IMG/VR virus record: IMGVR_UViG_3300042197_002762
Location: 64,001 to 128,000 of that record
Reading direction: 5' to 3' (one strand)
DNA from: a virus
Length of the DNA: 64,000 bases
In this document: piece after piece, positions 1 to 10,386 of the stretch
Layout: every line of letters starts with the position of its first letter
How positions within the stretch are numbered: the stretch's first letter is position 1
The notes under the pieces: generated by a model
What the model saw: only the letters and a program-made list of their open reading frames with translations
Database searches by the model: none
What the model was told of the DNA's origin: nothing
Made by a program: the position numbers and the translations under genes

Positions 1-128
1 TTAAATTATACGATGATAATTTCTTAAAAGAAAACAAGTCAGATCCAGAAACGAAAGAAGAGCCTAAAAAAGAGACGGAAAATCAAGAGAAAAACGTTTC
101 AGTTATTGAAGAAATAAAGCCAGAATAA
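1..128 (+). CDS. 3' end of a gene truncated by the window edge (acidic/Lys-rich C-terminus)
   Basis: Open frame from nt 3 (KLYDDNFLKENKSDPETKEEPKKE...IKPE) to TAA 126-128, one base before the next GTG start. Confidence 0.75.
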   Translation, partial: KLYDDNFLKENKSDPETKEEPKKETENQEKNVSVIEEIKPE

Positions 129-129
129 T

Positions 130-1152
130 GTGGAAAAACACTCTGAATATGGTAGGTTGTATAGTGAAATATGTAGGGGGTTTTCACAATCTTTAATTAG
201 TAAACGCTCTGTCTATTTTAAACATCCTACTTTAGCAGAACATTTTTCAATATATTCTAGTTACGATATATTTTTAAAAGAAGGTAAGAATAAAGGTTTA
301 TACTCAGAATCAGAAAAAATCGAAGAAGCTATTAATAATGGTTGGTGGTCATCAGAAAATGAGTCAAAAATAAATTTTCTCAAAAAGACTGTACAAAATT
401 TATTTAAAACAAAAGATAAATTATTATACCCTTCTCAAAAAGTAGAAGTAGAAAAACAAATTAAACAAAACGAGTCTATTCTTATTACGTATACAAAAGA
501 ACGTAGAGAAATAGTTGGTTATACTTTGGAAGATTATGCTAGTAGTAAAATGACCGAAGAATTACTGATTTTTTTTACTTATGAAAATCAGGATTTTACC
601 AAAAGACTATTTGAGAGTAGGGAAGAATATTATGATTTAAATGACGAGCGTTTAAAAAATATTAAAAATGCTTTTGATACGTACTCAGAAGTATTTAGCC
701 ATGATAATATTAAAAAAGTTGCCGCCACTGGGTTTTTTCAAAATCTTGTATATTTAAACGATGATGCCCATGGGTTCTGGGGTAAAGCCACAACTAACTG
801 TACAAAATATCAAATAGATCTTCTATTGTACGGTAAAATGTATAAAAATATTATTAAAAATTATAACGAATCTGGTAAGTCTGTACCAGATGATGTGTTA
901 AATGATGCTGAGAAACTTGTAATGTGGATTGACAATCAATCAAAAGATACTTCTATTAAATCCAAAAATAGAAAAAATAAATCTGGAGGTTCTAATCTTG
1001 TCACAAGCCCGGTTGGGGCCACAAAAGAAGACTTAGATAAAATTGGCGTTAAAGTTGAAAAATTACACGGTAAAAGTTTATTACAACTAGCAGAAGAGAA
1101 AGGTGGGGTACTCGAAAAATCAGAATATTTCAAAGCGCGCGAAAATAATTAA
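130..1152 (+). CDS. hypothetical protein, positionally a tail assembly chaperone candidate
   Basis: 340-aa helical ORF directly upstream of the TMP; function inferred from position only. Confidence 0.5.
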   Translation: MEKHSEYGRLYSEICRGFSQSLISKRSVYFKHPTLAEHFSIYSSYDIFLKEGKNKGLYSESEKIEEAINNGWWSSENESKINFLKKTVQNLFKTKDKLLYPSQKVEVEKQIKQNESILITYTKERREIVGYTLEDYASSKMTEELLIFFTYENQDFTKRLFESREEYYDLNDERLKNIKNAFDTYSEVFSHDNIKKVAATGFFQNLVYLNDDAHGFWGKATTNCTKYQIDLLLYGKMYKNIIKNYNESGKSVPDDVLNDAEKLVMWIDNQSKDTSIKSKNRKNKSGGSNLVTSPVGATKEDLDKIGVKVEKLHGKSLLQLAEEKGGVLEKSEYFKARENN

Positions 1153-1155
1153 AAT

Positions 1156-1161
1156 GTGTAA
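1156..1161 (+). promoter_or_regulatory. GTGTAA putative late-promoter motif upstream of TMP
   Basis: Same hexamer precedes nine genes; followed here by AAGGA SD-like runs. Confidence 0.5.
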
Positions 1162-1191
1162 TTAATTGTATACAAAGGATTAAGGAATACA

Positions 1192-4100
1192 ATGGCTGCT
1201 ATTACATTAGATATTGGTGGAAATACTAGGCGTTTAGACAGAGATATACAAAAGACTGTCAATAAGGTCTATAATATTAATTTAAAGACTAAGGGTGACC
1301 AACCACTTGGACGTATTACTGGACAAGTCAATGAATTTAATAAGTCGTTAGATGCTTCTAATGCTCGTGTTATTGCATTCGGTGCTAGTGCTGGTATTAT
1401 ATTTGGAGTTGAGAGAGCTTTTACTGCTTTGTTAACTTCTGTTGTAGAAGTTCAAAAATCTCTACAAGATATTAATGTTATTCTGAATGTTTCATCAAAA
1501 GAATTGCAAAAATTCGGTGGAGAATTATTCAATATTGCAAAAAATACTGGGCAAACTTTTCAAGCAGTTGCGGAAGCTGCTACAGAATTTTCTCGTCAAG
1601 GTTTGGGTTTAGAAGAAACTTTAAAAAGAACAAGTGAGGCTTTAATTCTTTCTCGTTTAAGTGGGTTGGACACCGTAAAAAGTGTTGAAGCTCTTACTGC
1701 TGCCGTAAACTCATTTGCAAGTCAAGCTGTTAGTGCCACAGAAGTCGTTAATAAGTTTGCGACCGTTGATGCTGCTTTTGCTGTTAGTTCCGCAGATCTT
1801 GCTGATGCCGTTGCGCGTGTAGGTAGTAGCGCGGCACAATCTGGGGTTTCATTAAACGAACTTATTGCGATTGTCACATCAGCACAGCAAACAACTGCTC
1901 GTGGTGGTGCGGTTATTGGTAACTCATTTAAAACAATTTTCACAAGATTACAAAGAACTAAAGTAGTAAGCTTATTAGAAAGTCTTGGAGTGGAAACGGT
2001 TGGAGCTGGAGGCCAAGTTAAGTCAACAATTCAATTATTACAAGACTTAGGCACTGTATATGATACCTTGGGAGCGCAACAACAAGCATATGTAGCTGAA
2101 CAGGTCGGTGGTGTTTTCCAGATTAACATTTTAAAAGCTGCTTTAGCTGACTTAGGTAAAGAATATTCTATTTATAATAATGCTCTTAATGTTTCCGCTA
2201 GCGCTACGGATCAAGCAGTTAGAAGAAATGAAGAATTAAATAAAACTTATGCTGCACAATTAAATGCCCTTCAAGAAAATGCAAGACAATTAGCAGCAGT
2301 TGGTGGTGAAAGATTATTTGGGCCATCCATTGATAGACTTGTTGGTGGAACAAATCAATTGTTATCTGGATTTAATGAAAGTGACGCTCAGGGGTTTGGC
2401 GTTACCCTTGGTCGGGGTATATTAGATGGTTTAGGTCAATTTATTGCTGGACCAGGTCTTGTGTTAATTGGAGGCGTTCTTCTTAAATTATTTAAAGATT
2501 TAGCCAATTTTGCTACTGGTAGCGTCAAACAACTTTTAGGATTAAATACTGCTTCTGCTCAACAACGTGATTTACAAGCAAGTATATCTCAAATTTTATC
2601 AAAAAATCCCCAATTAATAGATCTCGCCCTACAAGGGCAAAAAGGATTAAATACTGTTGCAAATCAATTGCTCACAAGTTTACAACAGCAAACCGTTGAA
2701 TTACAAAAACAAGCTGCTTTAGCTTCTCAACTTTCTAAAGCTTTTATTGGTGCAGGAGTTCGTATTAGTGGCGGAATTCCAGTCGCACCGACTCCAGGAA
2801 GACCTGGAAAAGCTGCTGGTTATATTCCTAATTTTGCTTCGCCTCAAAATAAAATAGCAGAAACTATTGGGGCTTATCAGGCTGGTTACGAACCAGGAAG
2901 AATTTTTAATAAAAGACTGTACGATGGACAGGGAGGTTCGTTTTTAGCGACAGTAAATAGTGCGGAATCTTTTGATACAGTTGTTGGCCCTAATGGGAAC
3001 AAGGGCACATTTGTTACGCCACCAAATGGTTTTGCCGCAAAAGGTTTTGTACCAAATTTTGCAAAATCAATTAAGACAGACGATTCATCAAAGATATTTG
3101 GCGCTGGACGTGTTTTTGAAAATGCGGTAGGATTAGCAGCTGGTCTTCAAAAAGAATATTTTGAAGATAATTTTATATTAGATTATGAACCAAATGTCTG
3201 GGCTGGAAAACAAGATATTAAAAAGATTTTAGGTATTAATCAGCGTACTAATTACGGAGATGCAAAATTAAGCGCTCAGGGTAACAATTTAACAAGTTAT
3301 CTTTCAAAAGTAATTCGATATGATAGTGGATTACGTGGAGTTCAAAAAGTAGGTAATATTAAAGATTTTAATCAAAAATTTGGCTTAAGAAAAAAAATTG
3401 ATATTAGTAAACGTGGCCCTAATAATATTAATTTATCACAACCGGGTGGTGGAGCTGTTATTATACCTGGAAATAAAAAAGGTGATGGATCAAAAGATCG
3501 TACAGTAAATATTAAAGCACGTTTAAGTGAATTAAAAAAAGTAAATAGTTCCATTGCAAATGTTTTTGCGAATCCAAATAATAAATATGGCATAGACCCA
3601 AAAAGTAAATCAGACCCCATCTTTTCTTTAAAAAATGTTTTGATTGATACTACAGAGGTATTAAGAAGTGGTACTTTTGGGGCACAAGGAAAAGAAGAAA
3701 GAGAAAGAAAAGCTAGAAATATTGCTTCTAGATTTACGTCAAAAAGTTTTGCTTCTGGTTTCATCCCAAATTTTGCACAAACACCAACACAATCTAATAA
3801 AGTAGTAGAACTCGGTGATACTACAACTAATCCACTTTTTAGAGGTAAGGTTTCATCTTTAATTTATCCACAGGTTTCAGAAAACAAGTCAAAAGCCCAA
3901 GGTGAAACAACATACTTAGGCAAAAAATATAGAGGGCTAGTTTCGATAGCTGGTATTAATAAAAAAGCCCTTAAAGGTGAGATACCTGATTTAGAAGCAA
4001 ATTTAGATCAGCTTTTACTCCGTGAAGCGAATGAATTTGGCCGCGCAATTGGTGGTACAGAATTTTTACAATCAGCATCAGAGCTTCCAAATATTGGCGC

Positions 4101-7100
4101 TGCTAAAGGTGCCGTTGGTGTGTCTTTTGAAGGTGGATTATTAACATTACTTAAAAGAGATGTTCAGAAAAGTGCTCAAAATGCTCGCATTGATTTTACA
4201 CAAGATCGAATAAACTCTAAATTTAAATCTCTATTTCATGGTGCTCCTGGAACTTATGAAGCAAAATATAGCCCTTCTTTAACTGGCGAAGTTTTGCAAA
4301 AAATGTTAAGAGGGGCTGGGGTTGGTGAAGTAAAGCGAGTAAAAAGTGGTCCTGGAGCAGGAGCTTCGATGAAACAGAGAGAAGCGGTTTTAGCTAGCAT
4401 TAATAAAGATGTAGCGGAAGGTAGAATTACTCAACCAAGAAGAGGAAATGCTCTTGAGGCAGAAGTAAGAAGAAGATTGCCTCTTATGTTCCCAGGTTCG
4501 GTAAAAGGCGCTGCCGCTGGTTATATTCCAAATTTTGCAGCACCACTCGTAAGAGCAGTAGACGACAAAGAATTACGAATGATGTTATCTAAATTTGGCA
4601 AAGGATTTTCTTTCCAAGGTAAATCTTCTGAACAGTCCGCCTTAGAGTTTTTTGGCGGATCTGGAACTTATATGTGGGATGCTCTTTCAAGACCAGGCGA
4701 ACAAATGAGCGACAGACAAGCTTATAAACAAAATATTGGTCGCGCAAAAAATTGGTCCACAGCTAGAAAACAAAGTTCTTGGCTGGTAAGATATAATAGA
4801 AGTAAATTAAAAGATTCCGAGCTACTTCCAGATATGGAAACTGGTGGCGCTTCTGTTTACGGATTACCTTTAAGTAAAGATCAAATTGTTTGGCCTATTA
4901 AGCAAGCTAATGGGGCTGGTAGAATTTTTGAAAAAGATATTCCAGCATTTTTAAGTGGCCAAGTAAATGATGCAATAAAACGTGAAAGAGAAGCTGGTAT
5001 TCCTAAAAATAAAATTTATTTGGCGCAAGAAAAAGCTCTTACTAAAACAAATCCTATGGGTCTTGGAGTATTTAATAAATTACAAGAGCCAAATGCCGCT
5101 ACTAGAAAAACAGCTATGCGTAGCAAGGGTTTTGCGAGTGGTTATATTCCCAATTTTGCTATTGAAGATCCGGATATGCAAGCTGCTGATTTGGGTTCAT
5201 CTATTGGAGCAGTTGTTGCGCAATTAGGATTTTTAGCTTTTGGCTTACAAGGGGCTGGAGAGCAATACAAACAATCGTTAGCAGAGTTAACAAAATCAAA
5301 TGTTAATACTGCAAAAATTAATTCCAAAAATCTTAGAGAAAGTACTTCAAGAAGACTTCTTGTAGGTAATACTGCTGCTGCGCAAGGTGGGGCCAGAATA
5401 CGACCGGATGGGTCTCGTGGTCGTGATTTTTCAAACTATACTGGGGGTAAAACGGGCAAAGAATTTGGTGATTTGAGAAGAGCGTCGAGAAGCCCACTAT
5501 CACAACAAAGAAGAGATGAGGCGGCTAGAGAACTAAGAGCAGCTAGAGCAGCAGAAAGAACAGCCGCAAGAGGAACTGGTGGTCAAAAATTTGCAGCAGC
5601 AGGTAAGGCTGGTGGATTTGGTTTGGCTTTAGCTGGCCCGATTTTAGGTGAAACAATTAAAAATGCATTTGGACAAGAAACTCCTGGCGCAAGACAGGCC
5701 GGAACTGTTGCGGGAGCAGCTGGCGAAATTGCAGGTTTTGCTGGCACAGGAGCTATATTTGGACCTGTTGGTGCGGCAGTTGGCACTGTAGTTGGCTCTT
5801 TACTGACAATACCAAAAATTGTGGGGGCATTCGCTTCCGACTTCCCAGAATTATCTAATGCGGCTAAAAAAGCTGGAGAAGAATTAACGAAATTTAGCGA
5901 TTCTGGAGCGAAATTATTAACATCATTTGAAACTTTACAAAAAGGATTGGAAGATCCTGGAACTTCACAAGAAGTTATAAATAAAGCATCGGAAGAATAT
6001 GCTAAAATTTTGTCTGGACTTTCCGCAGAAGATCAAAAACGTTTATCTGCGGCTGCAAAAACGGGAAAATTAGAAACTGAATATGCGAAAATTTTAGCAG
6101 AAAAAACTGCTGAATTACAATCTAGAGAAGCTGCTGCTAGCTTAGGTCAAGCGACTGGAGATGTAGAATCAAGGAATTTTATGCGAAATGCCGCGAGCTA
6201 TCTTAATTATTCTCCTATAGTGGGTGGAGCTAGCGCTATTTCACAATCTCTTGGTGGTCCAGGCTTACAAGATTATATAGATTATTATTTACCAAGTTTA
6301 ACTGGAGTGGGTACCGAATCTGATAAAACAAATCAAGCTGTTTTTGCACAATCATTAACGCAAGGTAAAAGTGGCGGAGATGCTCTAAAAGCTTTAGAAA
6401 AAGCTGGGGGTACTGGTGTTGTAAAACAACTAAATCAAATACAAACTGGAGACGTTGGCGCTTTAGAAGCATTACTTAATAAAGTAATTCCAGAGCAAGA
6501 GGGTAAAGCTGATATTGTCGCACAATTTATTGCACAAGCAAATAATAATGCCCAAGATTTTCAAAATGTTGTTGGTAGTCTTGGCCAAAGTTTCTTAAAA
6601 ACAATGGAAACTGCAAAAGGTGCTAAAACGGCTGCTGATGAAATGCTTGCAGCTCAAGAAGCAGAAGCTAAAAAGAAAAAAACGGCAGTAGAAGCTACCA
6701 ATAAAATTATAGAAAATTTAGAAAGAAATATAAGGGTTGCGCAATTTGCAGCAGAATCAGAAAGAGCACTCGCTCGTTCTAGAGAAAAATTCGCTAGACA
6801 AGAATTATTTGCAGATCGTTTTACTAGAAAAACGGAAACAGCTGGGGCAATTGTTGGGACAGACGCCCCATTAGCACAAGCTTTTGGGTTAAGAGAAGAA
6901 ATTGCTACTATTGCTCAATCACAAATAGAAAGTATTGAAAATATAAAATTTAGTTTTGTAGATACAATTAATTCTTCTATTAATGATGCATTTAAAGATG
7001 CAACAGGCGCCACCATTTCAGGGGCAAGGCAGGATGGAACATCTAAAGATGTAACAAAAACAAATGATCAATTATCTTCACAAGCTTTTCAACAAACTCG

Positions 7101-8742
7101 CGCATTTAAAGAAGTCCAATCTGTTTTAAATCAATATTTAAAAAGTTCTGGAACTGTCAATACAGAGGCTTTATTAGCCCAGATTGATCAAAAACTAGCT
7201 GACGCAAAAGTTAATGACGCAACAAGATTAAAAATAGAACAACAATTAAAAGAAGAATCTTCTAAAGTAAATGGCGAGATTAAACTTTTAAAACAAGAGT
7301 CCGTACAAAATTTTAAAAAATTAGCTAAGGAACAGTTACAAAGAATTCTTATTCAAAAAATTGGTCAAGCCCAGGCTTTTGGGGGTGGGATAGATGAATT
7401 TTTGAATCCACGCGAGGCGGGGGAGGGTGCTTTTGATAAGGTTACAGAATCAGTAAAAGCATTCGATCAATTCGAAGGCCAACAAGCAGATTTTCGTTTT
7501 GATTACCGGCAGGGTACAAACGATTTTAGATATCAATACGGGGCAGCCCAAAGGGCTAGACAAGAAATGGCTCCAGAATTTGGTAGAGAGGCGTTAAAGC
7601 TTATTGGAAATTTACAAAATATTACAGGATACACACCAGACCCACAAGGCAAAGCTTTTCAAGCTGGAGTTACTGGCTTAGAAGAATTTTTAAGGAGAAG
7701 GGTCACTGAGCTACAAACTCTTGCTAAAGATCCAGGTACTGGCCAATTAGAGAGAGATGAAATTAATGCAGCTTTATCAACTATTCCCGAACTAGGCGGT
7801 CTTAAAACAATAGCAACATTACAAGTAGCTAGACAAACTGGCGCATTAGATGAAACACAATACGAAGCAATTACTAAAAAATATCAGGATCCAGTTTTAC
7901 AAGCTTTAAGAGAACGTGCAATTCAAGTAGGCGGAACTGAAGGGGCAGCATTATTAGAAGAAGTAAAAAAATTAGCTAAAGACCGAATAACAACAGAAGG
8001 CGCAGAACCTACTGTCGAAGCAATAAATACAACAAATAGTATTCTTAATGATATTTTAACATCTCCAGGAATTAATGGTCAAAGATCTAATGATGTTTCA
8101 GATGTTGGGGCCATTGCTGATAAATTATTAAAAAATGCACAATCGCCTACTATCAACCCACAACTAATAGGACAAGCAACTCCCGTTACGCCTACAACAA
8201 CTACAGCGGCTGCACCAACGACTCCACCTATTAGTCAAATTCCAGCAATTATTGATTTTACACCAGTAGTTTCAGCTGTTGCGATAGGTAACTCATTCTT
8301 ATCAAGTATCGCAGATTCAATATTAGATATTAAACAAATTCAAGACATCGATAAAGATTATGGTAATTATGATACCAGATCAAGAGAAAAAGAGGCTCTC
8401 AGCAAAATACAAAGTAAAAATGAGAATTTCACAAGTAAAATTCCCGCAACAACTGGAACCGTAGCAGGTATCGGGGGTGAAGTATTAGTTCAAAGTATTA
8501 ATACATTAGTAGAAGCTTTAAGACAGCAACCAGCCCAAAATAATTCTGCACAAAGCCAAGGCGTGACACAACCAAATATTCAAACAACAACAAATGCCCC
8601 AGTTACTTTAGTTGTAAATGCTGAAAGCTCCACAGATATTGCTACTGCTGTTGGTGAAGCTGTTCAAAATGCAATCCCGACAATTATTGACAAAGTAAAA
8701 GTAGCGCTTGGTCAAAAGGTTCCACCAAAGGCAGGGGGTTAA
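1192..8742 (+). CDS. phage tail tape measure protein (TP901-like N-terminal domain) with internal cassettes
   Basis: 2516 aa; N-terminal TMP signature (LQDINVIL...FNIAKNTGQTFQAVAEAATEFSRQG...LSRLSGLD...DAAFAVSSADLADAVARVGSSA); Gly/Ala-rich hydrophobic stretches; long helical regions; lies at head of tail operon. Confidence 0.92.
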   Translation: MAAITLDIGGNTRRLDRDIQKTVNKVYNINLKTKGDQPLGRITGQVNEFNKSLDASNARVIAFGASAGIIFGVERAFTALLTSVVEVQKSLQDINVILNVSSKELQKFGGELFNIAKNTGQTFQAVAEAATEFSRQGLGLEETLKRTSEALILSRLSGLDTVKSVEALTAAVNSFASQAVSATEVVNKFATVDAAFAVSSADLADAVARVGSSAAQSGVSLNELIAIVTSAQQTTARGGAVIGNSFKTIFTRLQRTKVVSLLESLGVETVGAGGQVKSTIQLLQDLGTVYDTLGAQQQAYVAEQVGGVFQINILKAALADLGKEYSIYNNALNVSASATDQAVRRNEELNKTYAAQLNALQENARQLAAVGGERLFGPSIDRLVGGTNQLLSGFNESDAQGFGVTLGRGILDGLGQFIAGPGLVLIGGVLLKLFKDLANFATGSVKQLLGLNTASAQQRDLQASISQILSKNPQLIDLALQGQKGLNTVANQLLTSLQQQTVELQKQAALASQLSKAFIGAGVRISGGIPVAPTPGRPGKAAGYIPNFASPQNKIAETIGAYQAGYEPGRIFNKRLYDGQGGSFLATVNSAESFDTVVGPNGNKGTFVTPPNGFAAKGFVPNFAKSIKTDDSSKIFGAGRVFENAVGLAAGLQKEYFEDNFILDYEPNVWAGKQDIKKILGINQRTNYGDAKLSAQGNNLTSYLSKVIRYDSGLRGVQKVGNIKDFNQKFGLRKKIDISKRGPNNINLSQPGGGAVIIPGNKKGDGSKDRTVNIKARLSELKKVNSSIANVFANPNNKYGIDPKSKSDPIFSLKNVLIDTTEVLRSGTFGAQGKEERERKARNIASRFTSKSFASGFIPNFAQTPTQSNKVVELGDTTTNPLFRGKVSSLIYPQVSENKSKAQGETTYLGKKYRGLVSIAGINKKALKGEIPDLEANLDQLLLREANEFGRAIGGTEFLQSASELPNIGAAKGAVGVSFEGGLLTLLKRDVQKSAQNARIDFTQDRINSKFKSLFHGAPGTYEAKYSPSLTGEVLQKMLRGAGVGEVKRVKSGPGAGASMKQREAVLASINKDVAEGRITQPRRGNALEAEVRRRLPLMFPGSVKGAAAGYIPNFAAPLVRAVDDKELRMMLSKFGKGFSFQGKSSEQSALEFFGGSGTYMWDALSRPGEQMSDRQAYKQNIGRAKNWSTARKQSSWLVRYNRSKLKDSELLPDMETGGASVYGLPLSKDQIVWPIKQANGAGRIFEKDIPAFLSGQVNDAIKREREAGIPKNKIYLAQEKALTKTNPMGLGVFNKLQEPNAATRKTAMRSKGFASGYIPNFAIEDPDMQAADLGSSIGAVVAQLGFLAFGLQGAGEQYKQSLAELTKSNVNTAKINSKNLRESTSRRLLVGNTAAAQGGARIRPDGSRGRDFSNYTGGKTGKEFGDLRRASRSPLSQQRRDEAARELRAARAAERTAARGTGGQKFAAAGKAGGFGLALAGPILGETIKNAFGQETPGARQAGTVAGAAGEIAGFAGTGAIFGPVGAAVGTVVGSLLTIPKIVGAFASDFPELSNAAKKAGEELTKFSDSGAKLLTSFETLQKGLEDPGTSQEVINKASEEYAKILSGLSAEDQKRLSAAAKTGKLETEYAKILAEKTAELQSREAAASLGQATGDVESRNFMRNAASYLNYSPIVGGASAISQSLGGPGLQDYIDYYLPSLTGVGTESDKTNQAVFAQSLTQGKSGGDALKALEKAGGTGVVKQLNQIQTGDVGALEALLNKVIPEQEGKADIVAQFIAQANNNAQDFQNVVGSLGQSFLKTMETAKGAKTAADEMLAAQEAEAKKKKTAVEATNKIIENLERNIRVAQFAAESERALARSREKFARQELFADRFTRKTETAGAIVGTDAPLAQAFGLREEIATIAQSQIESIENIKFSFVDTINSSINDAFKDATGATISGARQDGTSKDVTKTNDQLSSQAFQQTRAFKEVQSVLNQYLKSSGTVNTEALLAQIDQKLADAKVNDATRLKIEQQLKEESSKVNGEIKLLKQESVQNFKKLAKEQLQRILIQKIGQAQAFGGGIDEFLNPREAGEGAFDKVTESVKAFDQFEGQQADFRFDYRQGTNDFRYQYGAAQRARQEMAPEFGREALKLIGNLQNITGYTPDPQGKAFQAGVTGLEEFLRRRVTELQTLAKDPGTGQLERDEINAALSTIPELGGLKTIATLQVARQTGALDETQYEAITKKYQDPVLQALRERAIQVGGTEGAALLEEVKKLAKDRITTEGAEPTVEAINTTNSILNDILTSPGINGQRSNDVSDVGAIADKLLKNAQSPTINPQLIGQATPVTPTTTTAAAPTTPPISQIPAIIDFTPVVSAVAIGNSFLSSIADSILDIKQIQDIDKDYGNYDTRSREKEALSKIQSKNENFTSKIPATTGTVAGIGGEVLVQSINTLVEALRQQPAQNNSAQSQGVTQPNIQTTTNAPVTLVVNAESSTDIATAVGEAVQNAIPTIIDKVKVALGQKVPPKAGG
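2812..5160 (+). repeat. five dispersed G[YF][IV]PNFA peptide repeats inside the TMP
   Basis: GYIPNFA 2818-2838, GFVPNFA 3043-3063, GFIPNFA 3757-3777, GYIPNFA 4519-4539, GYIPNFA 5140-5160, all in frame. Confidence 0.95.
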
Positions 8743-8747
8743 TTTAA

Positions 8748-10385
8748 ATGGCAAATTTATTATTTGATAATGTTGAAGTATTAGGTTACGATCATCAAAA
8801 TAATTTTTTTGGTGAAAGATCTTTATTTTATTCATCTTTAAGAACAATATCAATCCGTGGTTATATACTAGATTTGGTAAATAGTAGCGGTGTAAAAGGC
8901 GTCTTTAATAATGCGAAAGACATTATTAAATTAACTCAAGATTTCCAAGAAATAATAATTAATGGCGAAAACTTCGGCGTAGGTAAAGTAAAATCTTTTT
9001 CTGTTGATTCTGGAAATTGGGTTCGTTACACTCAATACGAAGCAACGATTGAAGTTTTATTAGAAGTCCCAATTGCAGATTTGGATTCCAAAGAATTTAC
9101 TGGAATAAATGTCGGCAATAAACAATTAAATTTAATTAAAAGTTTTTCGGAAAGTTTTTCTTTAAACTTTGACACGCAAAATAAAGTTTTAGGTGGAGAA
9201 CATTCTATTGATATAGAATATGATGCAGATAATAAAAACATTGATATTATAAGATTTGCCCAATCTTTAGCTACTGAATTATTAAAAACAATACCATCTA
9301 ATTCTAATATTGCAGAAGGCAATTATATTACTAGAAATAATTACAAAGTTTTAAATAGTGAAAACTATAATACTGTTACTGGCAAATGTGGTTTTAGAAG
9401 AACTTTTTCATATAGTACTTTAAATGCTAATAAGAATTACTCTTTTATTAGAACACACTCCGTTGAAATAAATGAAGATGGTATTGCGACTGCCAGCGAA
9501 AACTGTTCAATAAAAGCAGAATTTGATGTACCATCTTTATACGAAAATGCTTTAATTGGTTATAACGAACAAATCGCTGGGGTTTATTCTAGATGCAATA
9601 CGGTATTCCAAAACTATAAAACAAAATTTAATATTATCACAAATTTAAACCAGCAGTTTATTAGCAAATCTGTTCAAGTTAATAAATTCAATGGCACTAT
9701 TAATTTTACTATAAATTTTGATAACGATCCTAAAAAAATTAATTCTTCTTATATTTGGGAATATGTAAGTAATTTAGACAGAAGCGAAAATGGAGTATGG
9801 ACTACTTCCGAAAATGGTTCTGTTAAAGGAAATGGTAAAGTTGGTTCTATTGATAAATACAATAATGCTAATACTGGGTGGAATACAGCTAAGGGCGGTA
9901 TATTTGGTAGAGTAACATCTTTTTATAACAATGAAGCTACAAATAAAATTGGGGGAACTTTGAAAGAAATTAGTAAAACAATTAATCGTAATAAATACGA
10001 AGGTTTTATTAATTATAATTATACATATACAGACGATCCAACAATTAAAGATGGTTCTGATTCAGGTATTAAAAAAGTGGATATTGAAAAAACGGACACG
10101 GGACTTTTGCCAATCACAAAAGATTTTATTATACCAAATAGAACTTTTGCGTTAAATCAAAATAGAGATTTAAAACAACAGGGTACATATACTGTAAAAG
10201 TAAGTTTAGAAATTGGATGTACTTCTACTAATGTTCTTAATAGTTGGAATTATTTTACAAAAGCACAACAATATGCTGGGGGTAAACCAAATTTAGGTAA
10301 TGATGAATACTTAGAAGCAATTAATTATTCATCCAACGAAACAGATAGAACAATATCATACGAGGCAACTTATAAATATTCATAA
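8748..10385 (+). CDS. putative tail/baseplate structural protein
   Basis: 545 aa, beta-strand rich with internal repeats, immediately after TMP; paralogous pattern with next ORF. Confidence 0.6.
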   Translation: MANLLFDNVEVLGYDHQNNFFGERSLFYSSLRTISIRGYILDLVNSSGVKGVFNNAKDIIKLTQDFQEIIINGENFGVGKVKSFSVDSGNWVRYTQYEATIEVLLEVPIADLDSKEFTGINVGNKQLNLIKSFSESFSLNFDTQNKVLGGEHSIDIEYDADNKNIDIIRFAQSLATELLKTIPSNSNIAEGNYITRNNYKVLNSENYNTVTGKCGFRRTFSYSTLNANKNYSFIRTHSVEINEDGIATASENCSIKAEFDVPSLYENALIGYNEQIAGVYSRCNTVFQNYKTKFNIITNLNQQFISKSVQVNKFNGTINFTINFDNDPKKINSSYIWEYVSNLDRSENGVWTTSENGSVKGNGKVGSIDKYNNANTGWNTAKGGIFGRVTSFYNNEATNKIGGTLKEISKTINRNKYEGFINYNYTYTDDPTIKDGSDSGIKKVDIEKTDTGLLPITKDFIIPNRTFALNQNRDLKQQGTYTVKVSLEIGCTSTNVLNSWNYFTKAQQYAGGKPNLGNDEYLEAINYSSNETDRTISYEATYKYS

Positions 10386-10386
10386 T

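Noticed and set aside
61-1152. Programmed -1 frameshift in tail chaperone genes (AAAAAAG at 66-72)
   Set aside because: The heptamer is not in A-AAA-AAG register with the upstream frame, and no overlapping extension ORF precedes the TMP
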